A stretch of DNA of 64,000 nucleotides from Paraspadella gotoi (taxonomy: Eukaryota; Animalia; Chaetognatha): NCBI GenBank assembly GCA_051294375.1, contig CM119263.1, positions 20,240,115-20,304,114 of the forward strand, read 5' to 3'. The notes under the pieces are model-generated. The model saw nothing but the letters and a program-made list of their open reading frames with translations. It was not told where the DNA came from and did no database searches. A program made the translations under genes and the position numbers. Positions 36,181-64,000 of this stretch are shown piece after piece. Every line of letters starts with the position of its first letter. Positions within the stretch are counted from its first letter, which is position 1.

Positions 36181-36834
36181 GAATTAAGCATTTGAAAATA
36201 AATTAGACTTGGATATTAAAATCAAAATTTAAGAAAAAGGATCAGAAACTGGGCGCTTTTGGAAAATAGCATCTTTTTTCCCCTCTTCGCTTCTCTCCGA
36301 ACATGAAAGTTTTGGTTGTTGCGGTATAAGTTTTAATGTCTTTCCTTCGGAGCTCATAAAGTATCATCGAGTGATGTAATTTTGTAGTTGTCGTTGTATT
36401 ACGTAGTTGAGATTGACTTCGCTTTTGATTCTACGACATTTTTGAGCCGACTTGCAATTTACGAATATGAATTTTTTTTCCTGACATATTATATATCACA
36501 GTACATTCTTAAAAAAAAAATAAGAAAACATAAAATAAAAAAGCAGAGAAGAAAAAAGAAGGATTAACCAGAGAGAAATGTGACGGAAGTAATTGCAGAA
36601 TAACGAAGAAATATGAAGGGAAAAAAAGTTTAAAAAATCGGAGAAAAAAAGGAGCCGCAGTTGCGGAGAAAGAAGGATAAACTATCACAAACTCAAAGTG
36701 ATGGACGGGGAATGGGGTGCGACTGCAAAATATGGTTTTCTGATTATTCAATTATATTCAAAAATTCTCGTAAGATTCTCGCGTTACTCGACGCGGACTT
36801 TCCGCTCTCTCTCTCTCTGTCTCTCTCTCTCTCT

Positions 36835-36933
<99 letters not shown>

Positions 36934-39900
36934 CGAGTATTTCGCCTCCTCTCTCACCCTCTTTTCCTTTGTCGGTCGGTCGGAAACTTTGCATATCCTT
37001 ACCTTGACGAGACCTGAAACGAGAATTCCGTCCTTCTGCTTCTTTTCCCTTTTCTTTTCCTTCTCCTTTTACTTCTTCTTCTCCTTTTACTTTTTCTTCT
37101 CATTTTCACGGTTTATTTCTTACTTGAAGTTTTTCTGTACAACCATAAATTTGTCAATCAACTAAAATACTATTTATTTTTCTTCAGGAGTACATCTTAT
37201 TCGTCCGCTTCAACGACATCGGCCATCGAATCTTTTGAAAAAAGTTTTAAAATAATAATAAAAAAAAAATCAATCGCGCTAAAACTGCTTCAGTGATTTG
37301 CTGGCAACTGTGTCATCTGTCCGATAAAATAACATTTCATTACAATTTATGATCAACAAATCATCCGCTCAGAACTTGACCGCTTTATTTATAAATAAAA
37401 CAACGCAACGACCGCAATAACAAATCCCATCGGCTGCTCTGCAATTTTTTTTACTCCAAAAAACGTTTCTGCTTCTGCCATAGATACAAAAAAAAAACAA
37501 GCAGCGACCAAAACCTTTCGTTATCTCCTGAAAATAAAGGATAAAGGTGAGTCATAATGCCAGGAAAAAATGAAACGAACTCGCAAATAATATAAAAACA
37601 TCACTGACCCGTCAACACGAAAAAGCCGAAGAACCCCACTAATGGTTCTTGCGCACACACACACACACTCTCTCTCTCTCTCTCTCTCTCTCTCCCTGGT
37701 TCCATTTTCTTCCCGCTTTCCATTTTGTCTAGATGATAGATTCACCTGACCCGCGGATGCGTCTGGCACTTAACGAGATCTTCTCTCTCTCTCTCTCTCT
37801 TTCTCCCTTCTCTCTCTCTCTCTCTCTCTCATCATCATCTTTCTAATCACCTCTTCGCTTTTTTCTCATCTTTCCAATTCGCAATTATGATCCGGAGCAT
37901 TTTTTTGGCTAAGAAATGTCATCTCATTCTTCTCTCATTTCCATCAAAGCCGATATTAATTAATTTTTTTTCTCGAAAAATCTCAGCTTTGTTCTGCGAG
38001 ATCACGAAATGACGGTCGTTCAAATCACGCGTCTCATTCCCATTTGCGTTTGGCGCGGAAAGTTCATTATCGATCTTTTACTTTTGTTAGTATCCTTCCT
38101 TTTCGTTCTGCAAAAAGCCTTCTCTTTTCCTACCGCATTCTCAGTCAGAACAACTAACTGCTAAGTCAAGTTTTCACTGAAGGCACAGGAGCAATTGACC
38201 TCCAGTGATCGTGATTTTGCGGCTTAACCTCGAAACGAGCCCAAATCGAGACCTTTAGCTCAGGCAGGAAAGAGCGAAAACCTTTTGGAAACAACTGTAA
38301 CCTTTCGATCAAAACCTAATTACTTACCGATTCGAAGTACATATAATAAACACATTCGGCAATCGACATATCAGTTGTAAAACATTCGGTCTCACTCTTT
38401 AATGCGAACTTCCTAAACTAAATATTAATATGAAATTGGTACAATATGATAATTATGCATTTTATATAAATAACCTCATGTATATTTCTATTCTTTCTAT
38501 TCTTTCTTACAAGGTACAAAGAAAAAACAAATTTAAGCGCTACTACCAAAGACTTTCCTAAAAAATCGAACTGAAAAAAGGCTGTTGGTATAAAAAGCTC
38601 CACCGCTGCAACATTTTTCCCAGAGAGAGCAATATAAAAAAACCAAACGCTTTTGTTTTGTTCCCTTTTTTTCGGTCGGGATATTCTTTTTTTCCTCCTG
38701 TTTTTCCTGTTAGTTCTTTGTCTCGAAAGAGCTGCTAAAAGGACTAGTAACGCTTTTAGTGTTTTATAGTTGTTATCCGTTCCCTTTCCTTTCCCTCTCT
38801 CTCCCATTTTCTCCTCCTCCCTTCATCTTTCCTTTCACAAGTAGTTTCTTCGACTCATTTGTTCCCCGAGTGCGGGGCTTTACGTTTTACGTTTTGACGA
38901 AACTCTTTAATTATATTATACGACCCCCACAACCACATCTTGTACTTTTTAATAAGTAACGTCACCTCCCAGCGCCTGTTCTCGTTTCGAATTTCTAAAA
39001 ATTGCATTGGAATTAGTTCCAACCAGATTCGATGTGTTTTCTCACATCGCATAAAATCAAATTTGGAAAAGCAATAAAATTTTGGGAGAAAAAAAAGGGA
39101 ATGTTTTTTAGAGAGCCGAAGAGCAGAAAGTTGGCTTAGGAATCAGGATGGTGGAGTGTTGGCGCGGGATGACATTTTGATGGCGCTGGGTGGCGGATTG
39201 AGTGGCGCAGTTTGGCGGATTATTCATGGTTTATTATCAGAGGAATGATGATAACTTCGGGGCACATAGATATATCCGCAACTGAGAGGAAAATCTTCTC
39301 CGGGAAATTTCGCTTCTCAATTTTTTTTTCTATTTCCGCGATGCCATTACTTTTTGGATTTTGACTTTAATACCAGAAATTATACCTCCGTTGCTTCGCC
39401 TCAGATCAGACCTGTTAAGTTTATAAAATCGAATGGGTGACAATAGAACTTCCACTGCTGAATATAGATTTTTTCCGTGACGATTTTCCTTTTGTTAATA
39501 CTAAATATTTGTATGACAAAATGAGAAACAGAAGAAATGAAAAATACGAACGTCGGTCGAACACGACCCAGACGGAACAGGGTCATTCTGCTCCGTAAAC
39601 TAAAAGGAAACATTAAAGAACTAAAAAATAATCTTGGGTTGAATGGGACAGGATTCATAGGCCGCGTTTGCCGGGCCCTTCGAGGGCGTATTCCTGCCTT
39701 GCTTTCGCATTCATTATTTTCGTCGTCGTCGTCGTCATCGTCTTCGTCCGCGGGGCATCTCGTCTCTTAAGACGACGCTATATCGCCCACTCTAATTCGG
39801 AAAAAGGGCGAAGGCGGAAAAATAACCAACTTCTATACAACTTTATATTAATATATATTAATATGTCGTTGTACCGGCGAGATCGCCTGAAATTCTTGGT

Positions 39901-41153
39901 CCAGATTTTTTGGTTTTTACGAGGCCGCCTGTCATAACTAAGCCGGTTATACTTGGGGAAACACAGTACATTCTAAACCATTGAAAGAGTTTAGACACAA
40001 CCCTCATAGAATGAAAACTCATACATATCTTACTCATACATATCTTTTACGATTTTAAACAAGGTCGTTTAAATTTAAAACAAAATTCTGTAAATAAATA
40101 AATGATGACTGATATGTTAAAATTGGAACCTCTAACCTAAACAAACTCTATATTGACCCTTTTTTCTTTATGTTTATTTATAGAATTTTTTCCGTTGATC
40201 TCATTCTCGACATTGAACCGAAAAGCGTATATTTTCAGCGTGAGCATATGGAGCGAACATAGTGTTTGTTTTGGTCCTTCGACCCCATAAACGTTACTCT
40301 GTGTAAAAGGGGCGTTTCACAAGCGTCGCCTACCAATGCAGGGTTCACGCGCGGTTCCCGTGCATTTTTTTCGCGTTCGCTTTAGACTCTGTCCAGTATT
40401 AAGCGTTGTCACAATGATGCAAACGTTTGAAAGTTGCTCCACTTGCGGTTTACATGCGAGTTCACTTGTCTTTTACTCCCATTTTATCAGTTCACGCTCA
40501 GTTCACACGCAAAGCCCATATTTTCACGAACCAAATTCATCACCGACCCCCAACCGAGTTTACTCGGTCGGCCACCGATGGAGGAGCGTAGGTCAAAGAA
40601 GCGGGGGAGGGAGAAGTAGAGCAGAGGAGGAAGGGGAATGGAGCAGAGGCAGGAGGGTAATGGAGAGTTGTAACTCGACGCAGCGCGAGAGGTCACTGAT
40701 TGGGGTGTTGAGGTTAGATTACGAAGTCGACATGGGTGACAATGGTTCGGCGAATACAGAAACCGAGAAAATTGTTTCGGCCGAGAGTCGTGAATTAAAT
40801 CTGCGTCTCTATAGGGTCATTGTTTATTCATTGTTTATTCATTCCGATTGGTTTATTTACCGCCAAGAAAATTAAAGGATAGATTACTTTTCATTTTTTT
40901 CACCGAGCGTGTGACATGATTCTCAATTTTTTAATTAGTCACGTCTTGTCTGCAACACTCAAACGCGGGTGCGTCTTCTTTTATCTCCAAAGGAATTATA
41001 TTGCTCGCAATTTTATCTCGAATAGAAAGAAGCTAATTATCTCCTTTACCGACGCATTCCCGTCGGCCATTTTATTTTTTTCCCCTCTATCCATTCTTGC
41101 TTTTCATCCCTCATCATTAGACATCAAACAAATTACCCTTGATAAGTAAGCTC

Positions 41154-41201
41154 ACAAGTACCGATGAAGACTTGAATGTCAAAGTCGAAAAAGTCCATTG
41201 T
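41154..41201 (+). ncRNA. Degenerate hammerhead-like motif
   Basis: CCGAUGA A GACUU-loop-AAGUC GAAA aa GUC. Stem II is intact, U4 is changed to C, and stems I and III are weak. AATAAA follows. Confidence 0.4.
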
Positions 41202-41865
41202 TTAAAAATAAATCGTTGCTTGAAATACTTTAAACTCTTTTTAACAGTTTCTCTTTCCCACATTTACCACTTTATTGATTGGGGAGCCAGGTACTCTGGG
41301 AGTGAATAAACTATAAAGTGAATAAAGAATAGTTATCCGAATGAACGCGCTTCAACATTAATTTAAGCCTTCAAACTTGACCACCAGAACCTTGGTTTCG
41401 CTTTCACAGAATTTAATAACCCGTTGGAAGAGTGGAAAGCTTTCTTATTAGTAGCTTTTTTGTTGAGTCGCAAGTAGTCGCGTAGCTACACTTATCTCTT
41501 AGGTGTCAGTTTAAGTCTCTCGGTTTGTCTCACTTCCGTTTCAATGTGCGTTATTCTCCATCTCGTAATACCGGGTGATTTTGATTTATCCTCGTGCATA
41601 TGTTTCATACTTGCATAGTTACTATGAAATGCGATCACATGACTAGAAAGTTAAACCATTTATTACTGAGCTACCTTAAAAGGTCAATACTTAGAGGGCG
41701 AGATATGTATTATGAAACATTTGTTTTCCACTCGTTTTATAGTTGTGTAGTCACGTGAATTCAATCGAGATTCGGTCACGTGAGTTGAAAACCCCTCTCT
41801 TATTTTCTTATTTTTCCCTTATTTTTGTACTTTTTTTCTTTTGATCTTTTTTCCGGCTCTGAATA

Positions 41866-42398
41866 AGCCATAGCCGATGAAATTTAAATGCTAATATATA
41901 CAGCGTTATAATAATCTATCATAAGCATAGAATATGCTATTAAAATATTTTTTGTCAAAAATGCTTTCTTCTGAGGGTACAAGCCGAATTAAAATTATTA
42001 TATTACTATAAATTATTATTATATATTTAAAAGAAAACAATTTCTTTTTAAATATTAAATTTTTTTGATGGATTCTGATAGAGCATAAAAAGTTAAATGA
42101 GAAATATAATTACAGCTTTTACTGTTTTTTTAATTTTTGACTCACTTATCATAAAAATATTTAAAAAAGAATTATACTTTGTGTAGACAACTTTTTCTGA
42201 GCTATTTGAATCTGGTCTTTAAAAAAAATTGGCCTTTCCTATCTATAAATAAATATTTTAAAAATAAGTTACTAGGGTATGGAGCCATATAAGAAATTTT
42301 CTTGTCCATTGAAAGTATACTTAAAAATGTATAAATTTTCCTTTGAGCGTGTAATCAGTGAAAATTTTTGTCTCGCCCCATTGAGTGCGGCTACCCCT
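41866..42398 (-). mobile_element. MITE copy 3 (same family as 12159 and 15136)
   Basis: AGCCATAGCCGATGAAAT...CATTGAGTGCGGCTACCCCT. No clear TSD remains. Confidence 0.8.
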
Positions 42399-43064
42399 TA
42401 CTCAATGGTTTCGCTATTTCGCTCTTTCTGTCAGTAAGTCCAAAAATAGATCTAGAAAATTGATTTATAAGCGAAAAGACTAAATTGGGGGGAAAAAACA
42501 GTATAAATTAATGAATTTGTAAAGAAATTTATACGACGTATATTACTATACTGTATATTATTAACTAGTGTTCAACTTTGAAAGCCATCCCGTTAATGAA
42601 GAAACGAAAAACCTTTGCTATCGTCCTTTTCGTTTTTTTCCCTTCTCATAATTCTTTTTTTCATTTACCGAGACCTAGACGGCTTACGGGCTTTTCATGA
42701 AATGCAGTTAGAAGAAAATTGCGACTGGCTCCTTTTGTAATTGAGCGAGCGGCGTTAAATTAAAGAAAAGGAAATGAGGTGTGATGCAAATGAAAGGAGA
42801 CTTTGAGCTGTCCGAAGAAAAAAACCTAGTGAGAAACAAAAATCTAAATGACAGTTCCTGACGCCCACAAAAATTACCTTAATAGCGAAACTCATAAGCC
42901 GACGTAGTGTTTATCATCGCTCGTAAATATCAGTACGCGCGTTTCTATGGCAATTTTCGTGGCGGACAAAACTTTGCCGGAGAGAGGCAGCTGCGATAAT
43001 GTAGTCCAAATACAGAGAACAAAATTTTTGATGGAATCCCGCAGCCTCATCAAAAAAATTAAAG

Positions 43065-43188
<124 letters not shown>

Positions 43189-43457
43189 TTTCCGTCCGCA
43201 GATTTTCCGATGATTCAGGCTAAATGGTTTGAAAGAGTCCCGTGAGATGAGTGAGACCTCGGTCGTGAAACTCGGGGAATCGATTTCGGTTTTGTCTCAA
43301 GTTTAAAAACTTTTCACGTTTGGGTCACGAACTTGCGACGGCAATCTTGTTGAGCTGATTCGTTGTTTAATTTTTGAAAATTGATTATTGCAACTAAGCG
43401 AGATAAAATATTTGTTTCCCAATAAGTACAGTAGAATCTTTTTTGTCTCTACTTTTT

Positions 43458-43543
<86 letters not shown>

Positions 43544-44295
43544 TTTTTCTTTCTTTCTTTGTATAATGTACATATCTGCGCCTCTGTTTTTCCGTGCACT
43601 TCGAGTTTTAATTTTAAGCAAAATAAATTATCCATCTAATTTTATGCAGGCTTAGTTTTCATTTTTGAAATGATGTAAGAATCTAATCAGTATAGATTAC
43701 CGCAAGAAATCATGAGCGCCTTATTTTTTTTTCTTTTTTAGGTTAATTCAAATTTATGCTTAAGACCGCTTGAAAAAAAGGTTTTTTGAGGAAACTGTAG
43801 TTAGTTAGACTCAAAATATAATACATACGATGATACGTATTACATAATTGATTCCATAAAAATGTTATTCTTTATTTTCAGTGAGACCGTACAAAGTTTC
43901 CGCCCAAATATTACGAAGGCGCGTGTTGAATAAAGCTTCATCGTCATCGTTTTCACCGTCATCGTCTTCCGAAATAAGAAATAACTAGAAACCGCATTGG
44001 CAAAAGAGTAAGTTTTCATTAGACCATTTACACATTGAATTTACAGATGGAGATGGAAAAAAAAGTTCTAAAAATAACATGAAACAATGATGTTTTCTAT
44101 AATATTAAATATTCACGAATGAATTTGAAATTCACATGCACGAGGCTGAAACGAGAATAAAACGTTTGAGAATTTGGGAGAGTTCGGAAACCACCACCGG
44201 CACCGCCCACTCTCATGTCTCTCGCTCTCGCCCAAACCCTGGCGACCCGCACTTTCGCCCACACCCCACCGATCCACCGAGCACCGACTCCCCCG

Positions 44296-44892
44296 TCACC
44301 CACTCCCCCTCCGTCTGCAGTCGACGTTTCTCGGCCAATCACAGGCGCCGATTCTCTCGTTGAACATCGTCCCTTTGGCGCATATCCTCCTCTTCCTCCT
44401 CCCATTGTCGCAAACGTAAAAACGGCGACAGTCTTCGGGATCCGGCGAGTGAGTCCTGACGCCGTCACCGCACGGGCCGGCGTTCTCGGCGTCGCCGGAG
44501 CCTTCGTCGGCGTCTTCGGAGGAAGTGGGTCCTCGAGCTACCTCAGCGCCGCAAGGTACCGACGAGGCGTGCAGGAATTCGTTCGACTCGGGATCGAATC
44601 TCGTGCTCGGCGGCGCCCGGAGTTCTTCCCACCGCCCGTTCACGCATCGGATATATTTGTCGCAGTCCGTCGGGTGAGGACGATAAGCGCCGGGGAGACA
44701 CTCGACAGTCGCGCGAAACGACGCCGATTTTCTCGGCTGAGTCATTTTTAGATAGACGACCCCGTCGTCGTCTACGATGACGCCGTCCACTTCTGCCAAG
44801 ACCTCACGGCAGAGGGCGAGCGTGAGAAGGATGAGAAGTGTCGTTGTAGATGATATTAGTTTCGAAAGAGACGATTGCGAAGATGGCGCCAT
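44296..44892 (-). CDS. Secreted chitin-binding protein with two peritrophin-A (CBM14/ChtBD2) domains; intronless, 198 aa from the first ATG
   Basis: Hydrophobic signal-like segment LLILLTLALC. Domain 1 is CLPGAYRPHPTDCDKYIRCVNG...RFDPE...VPC. Domain 2 is CGDG...PDPEDCRRFYVCDNG...CAKGTMFNERIGACDWPRNVDC with all six Cys. Confidence 0.92.
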   Translation of the reverse strand: MAPSSQSSLSKLISSTTTLLILLTLALCREVLAEVDGVIVDDDGVVYLKMTQPRKSASFRATVECLPGAYRPHPTDCDKYIRCVNGRWEELRAPPSTRFDPESNEFLHASSVPCGAEVARGPTSSEDADEGSGDAENAGPCGDGVRTHSPDPEDCRRFYVCDNGRRKRRICAKGTMFNERIGACDWPRNVDCRRRGSG

Positions 44893-46628
44893 CAAAAAAG
44901 ATTTCAAAATTTTGTTTGTTTGTTTTCTTTGTTTTCGATTAAGATGAAAATTATTTTTAGCGAGTCTGTTTTTTTTCGGAGAGAAGTCGCAATCGTGTTG
45001 TCAATGGGAGATCGATTCTACCGATTGTCGCGTCGCTGCCGACTTCCAACAGAAAAACCGTCAACAAGAAAAACGAAATCTTGTCTTCAAGACGACGACG
45101 ACGACGACGAAGACGAAGACGAACGCCAAATCAACCAGGAACCAAACCAAACCAACTCACCGAATCTGCCGAACCGGACAATGGAATCCAATCACAAAGA
45201 ACTTCACTTCGTGGGGTTTCTTTCTTATTCTTTTCCTTTCTTTTCTTTCCCCCCTTTTGTTCCTGTCTGTTCTTATTTCTGTTTTTAGTTTTTCAATTTT
45301 ATTGGTTCCAATTTGGAGTAATTTAAATAAGACCGGGATTGCGAAACTGTTTGTGATTCGCTTCAACGATTATAGTGATTGCAAATTGCTCTGCCCAATT
45401 TAGTCGCAAAATCAACTAAGATTTGTACCACAAATTATCTTATATTATTTCGTTTACGTATTATTTCCAGGTTTTAATTTTGTATATGTTTTTCATAAAA
45501 TTATTATCCTATATTTTTTTCGTTTGCTATATTTTCTATAGGTATAGGTATAATGTATATCTTTACATTTATATCTGTGATGGAATATATTTTTCGATTT
45601 CACTAGATGTCGTTTTGTTTTCTATGGCCAAGATTTTCTCCATAGGAGCGCTTGCGACTGCAAACTTCGTTCTTTAAAAACAAAAGGAAAATTCCGGCTC
45701 ATATCAGGCTTTCACTTCCAGTTAAATAGCGATAGGATTTACATTTTGTTCTCAAATAATTGCTAATTTTGTCACCTTTTTTAAATTAATTTTTCATGTA
45801 TTTTCCTATTTTTTCATTAAAATATTTTTTTTATTTTCATCTTTTTTCTTTTTTTACAATTAACTTTCAATTTTTTTTTTATTTTCTAATTTCCTTTAGT
45901 CTTTCTCTTCCTCTTCCTCTTCCTTCCTTCATCTTTGTCAGGATTCAATTTAGGTGGTTTTTAAAACAAAATTTTTTGCAATTAGAGCTTATATTAATAA
46001 CTGCTCAGATGAAATTTCTTGTTTGACTTTTTGATTAATATATTGTATTAAACACTAAATTAAATCTTCATGTATCATTAGTAATGACATTACGCAGTAT
46101 CTTTACGTATTTATGAATTTTTCAATGTTCTATATTACATCTTAACAAACTATCCTTTTGTGAGATCTTCCAATTATCTCAGGAATTTCCAAATGGAGAT
46201 AATTTACAAACTCGTTTCTCCGGCGCTCTTTTGTTTAGCACCTAATTTTCTTTTCCGACGCAAGGAGTTCTTCATCTCTTTCGCGATCTTTTTTGCTGTA
46301 TTGTTTATTAGAGGCTTCCAAGTTTATGGCCTTTTGTTTTTTTTGTTTTTTAATTGTTTTTGTTTTTCAAAATTTTTTAAAAGTTTGTGAGAACCAAGTA
46401 TAAAAGAATAGTTTTCTAAATTAAGAAATAACCATTTTTTTAGGAAACCTAAATTGCTCATTTTTTGTTTCTCCCTATCTCCATTCATCCTTCCTCCTGG
46501 ACTCTTCCCGTTTCCTCCTAATCTTCTCCCTCTTCGTTCTCTTCCCCCTCCTCATCTTCCCCAAGCCTCCTTCTCGTCTTCTCCCCTCCGCCATTCATGT
46601 TGCTTGACAACCCGTCCTACGTCTTTGC

Positions 46629-46703
<75 letters not shown>

Positions 46704-47115
46704 CGCGCGCTCGCATCACTCGGGTTCACGTGCAGATCGGCGGCTCGCGTTTCTCCTGCATGGGCGTAGCAGCGCGAGCTGAGATCAATGGTGGCCGAAA
46801 AAACCGCCGACGACGACGACGACGACGACGACGAGATACGCCAACACTTTCCCGAAAACCTTGAGAATCGAAATAAGGACGAAAAGAAAGAAACGCGGAT
46901 GGGCTTTAAAAACATTTTAAACAATTAATTACACGAAATATAAATATTCGACGTCGCGGAAGAAGATCTTCTCGTCTTTGTCGAAATAACGAAACCGGCG
47001 ACGAAGCTTCGCTCTTTTCTTTTTTTTTCGTTCGAGTTTTTCGTCCGGAAGCGGAATCGATTCTCGCGGAATCTTCTCTCTCTTCTCTCGTCTCTCGTCT
47101 CTCTCTCATCTCTCT

Positions 47116-47195
<80 letters not shown>

Positions 47196-47266
47196 TCCCA
47201 CTGGCCGTCAGTTAACTCCTTTGGGGGGAAAGCTTCTTCATTTTCAGCGCCTTTTTCTCCCTCAAA

Positions 47267-47299
<33 letters not shown>

Positions 47300-47612
47300 C
47301 GTCGTCGTTCTCCTTTTCTTAGCTTTTTTCCCCTTTTCAACGACAAAAATATCCACTCCACTCAAAGAAATAAAAAAAACCAACTCTTTTTTCCTTCTTG
47401 ATTCTAAATCCGGAGAAAACTAATCAGCAACGAGCAGAACAACAACAACAACTAGGACGACGACGAAGGGAACAAGAAAATCAAGTTGGAAATGATTTGT
47501 CGTCTCCGCGAAAGATCTTGCGCCAACCACGGCCGACTTTTTAGGGCCACTTGTCACCATGTTGCTCTTTTATACTTTTTCGTTGAGCGGCCGGAAGCGG
47601 GACGACAGAGAG

Positions 47613-47715
<103 letters not shown>

Positions 47716-49275
47716 ACCGGTTAGTGCCCTCCGAGAAGCTGCAAAGGAATCGTTAATGAGAAAGGCGGAGTTGCAGAGATTGAAGAAAAAAGGTTTAGGA
47801 AAGGAGAAGCATTAGTAGACGGATTAGAAAAAAAAACCTCTTGTGAACGGACAGAGGGACAGGAATAAACGATTCGATGGAGAAGGAGTTTAGAATAAGT
47901 ATTAATAAATGAATAAACAGATAAATAAGTAAATTAATAAATAAACTTAACAAAAACAAGACAGACCAAATCAGTATGATAATTATGTAAGTAAGTAAAT
48001 AAGTAAGTAAGTAAGTAAGTAAGTGGCTGGGAATTTAAATCGATCCGACGGTTTTAGCGATTCGTTTTTGGCCGCCTCTCGCCTCCGTTTGGATGCAATG
48101 GGCGTCGAGCGCATCGGGTCGAACACGTCTCCGCGGGTCGCGGCGTTTGGGAGGCCGAGGGTCGTCAAGGGGTCGCNNNNNNNNNNNNNNNNNNNNNNNN
48201 NNNNNNNNNNNNNNNNNNNNNNNNNNNNNNNNNNNNNNNNNNNNNNNNNNNNNNNNNNNNNNNNNNNNNNNNNNNNNNNNNNNNNNNNNNNNNNNNNNNN
48301 NNNNNNNNNNNNNNNNNNNNNNNNNNNNNNNNNNNNNNNNNNNNNNNNNNNNNNNNNNNNNNNNNNNNNNNNNNNNNNNNNNNNNNNNNNNNNNNNNNNN
48401 NNNNNNNNNNNNNNNNNNNNNNNNNNNNNNNNNNNNNNNNNNNNNNNNNNNNNNNNNNNNNNNNNNNNNNNNNNNNNNNNNNNNNNNNNNNNNNNNNNNN
48501 NNNNNNNNNNNNNNNNNNNNNNNNNNNNNNNNNNNNNNNNNNNNNNNNNNNNNNNNNNNNNNNNNNNNNNNNNNNNNCGTTGTCATTGGGGTCACGTACT
48601 GTTATGATACGGTGCATTCTTCAAATTTAAATCGGTCGTCGCTTATTGGAATCGTTCAACGCTTAATATTATTGGGGTCTCGCGTTGGTCATTCCGAGTC
48701 TCAAGGTCTTAGCTCATGGCTCTTCGGCTTCGTCCATCGCTTTCTGTCATTGGTTCCAGTTTATTGAATTCGCTCATTGCTAATCGACAACAATTATTAT
48801 TTGAAAGGGAAAAGTAGATTTAAAGTGCAAAGCGACAACAGACTTAGTTTACGCCGCCTTGAAAATCTCCACCACTAACTTTGAGACTGACGATGATGAT
48901 GAAAATGTTCAAGCTGATAGTTATGAGGCTATCGTAACAATGACGACGATGAGCGCTCACGGCTTGCTTGCGTTCTGAGTATTTTTATATACATGATCCA
49001 TTAACGACGGGATTCGTCAGCGATTTAATTGTTGGGTAGGCGAAAGAACGATGTTATAAATTNNNNNNNNNNNNNNNNNNNNNNNNNCACCGACGAGAGA
49101 TCAGGCTAAATTGTCCGGTATGACCTGTCAACGGGTTTGACCGAGTTTTGAAAGTAAATGGGGGGCATAGCGACTTTAAACCCGTAAAAAAATAGGTAAC
49201 TTGATGGTTCTAGTTGTATGTCCGTCGTGGGATGGAACAGACGTCGATAATATGTGGGACAGAACAGACGTCGTG

Positions 49276-49309
<34 letters not shown>

Positions 49310-49852
49310 TCTCTTTCTCCTTCTCTCTTCTTCTCTCTCTCTCTCTCCTCTCTCTCTTCTCTCTCTCTCTCTCTGAATATGTTCTGTTTCCGCGCGGGAT
49401 GGGGAACCGCGGGCGGTGATACTTGTCTCTCCGCGCGCCTAGCGTTTGAACATGTTTGAACAGGGGTCGAATCGTGAATTGTTTATGCACGACGGAGGGA
49501 ACGATGCACACATAATGCACCTACTCTAATCGACAACAATTATTATTTGAAAGGGAAAAGTAGATTTAAAGTGCAAAGCGACAACAGACTTAGTTTACGG
49601 CCGCCTTGAAAATCTCCACCACTAACTTTGAGACTGACGATGATGATGAAAAATGTTCAAGCTGATAGTTATGAGGCTATCGTAACAATGACGACGATGA
49701 GCGCTCACGGCTTGCTTGCGTTCTGAGTATTTTTATATACTATGATCCATTAACGACGGGATATCGTCAGCGATTTAATTGTTGGGTAGGCGAAGAACGA
49801 TGTTATAAATTTCTTCTTTCTCTCTCCTCTCTCTCTCTCTCTTCTCTCTTCT

Positions 49853-49896
<44 letters not shown>

Positions 49897-50385
49897 CTTC
49901 TCTCTTCTTCTTCTTCTTCTCTCTCTCTATCTCTCTCCTCTCTCCATCTTATCCTTATACTATCCTATTGTCTCGCTCAATCTAAGTAATAACAATCTAT
50001 ATCTTTTTCACATTCTCTCCCTCTATCTCTCTATAATCAGAAATAACCAAAAAGAACCAAACAAAAAAAAAACAAATAAAGAATGTAGAATGGAAGAAAC
50101 AAAGAAAGAAGAAACGGTTAGGAAAAAAAGAAAGAAAAAAAAATAGATAAAAAGAAAAGAAAGATCGACAATCGCAAGTGCTCCTCTCAAATGGAATCGA
50201 AAAATCGATCGTATATGAAAACGCGATACCGTGACGACGAACGATCACCATGTCAACACCGACGCCACGTCGCGTCGCTTCCTCACGACAGCGTCGGCGT
50301 TTTTCTTATTTCGTTTTTTTTTTAAATTATCGGATGTACACGTTTCATAGTTGAGGCGGCCCAAGCAGCCGCGTCGGCCGTAACG

Positions 50386-61436
<11,051 letters not shown>

Positions 61437-61472
61437 GTTAGAAAAATNNNNNNNNNNNNNNNNNNNNNNNNN

Positions 61473-64000
<2,528 letters not shown>

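Noticed and set aside
40336-40875. 179-aa plus-strand ORF
   Set aside because: No recognisable motif, and the composition follows local purine-rich sequence.
44097-44751. Overlapping plus-strand and alternative-frame ORFs at the chitin-binding gene
   Set aside because: These are shadow ORFs of a GC-rich coding region; only the minus-strand CBM14 frame has domain signatures.
48023-48176. GC-rich possible exon next to a gap
   Set aside because: It is open in several frames, is truncated by Ns and has no identifiable product.

Overview
AT-rich, intron-containing genomic DNA from an invertebrate animal, from a draft assembly with several N gaps and an indel-prone right third. I reconstructed five protein-coding genes by hand from splice sites and reading frames: (1) the 5' end of an integrin alpha subunit (minus strand, runs off the left edge); (2) NUDT21/CPSF5 (CFIm25, 4 exons, 239 aa); (3) a 7-exon cytosolic sulfotransferase whose catalytic His position appears to be Cys; (4) an intronless secreted protein with two peritrophin-A (CBM14) chitin-binding domains (minus strand); (5) a large multi-exon gene with three MATH/TRAF-like domains, broken by small frameshifts that look like assembly errors. 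Non-coding content includes a variant U1 snRNA, a truncated Gypsy-type LTR retrotransposon (LTR, tRNA-Trp-like PBS, frameshifted gag), two minimal hammerhead-like motifs in Penelope-like contexts, at least four families of non-autonomous Helentron/DINE-like elements, MITEs and foldbacks, tRNA-derived repeats, an unclassified 260-bp repeat, a 42-bp coding-like minisatellite and abundant (AG)n microsatellites. The last ~2.5 kb re-assembles sequence from 48.6-54.4 kb in shuffled order. Most ORFs in the supplied track are microsatellite or N-gap artefacts. All family assignments come from motif recognition; no database search was run.
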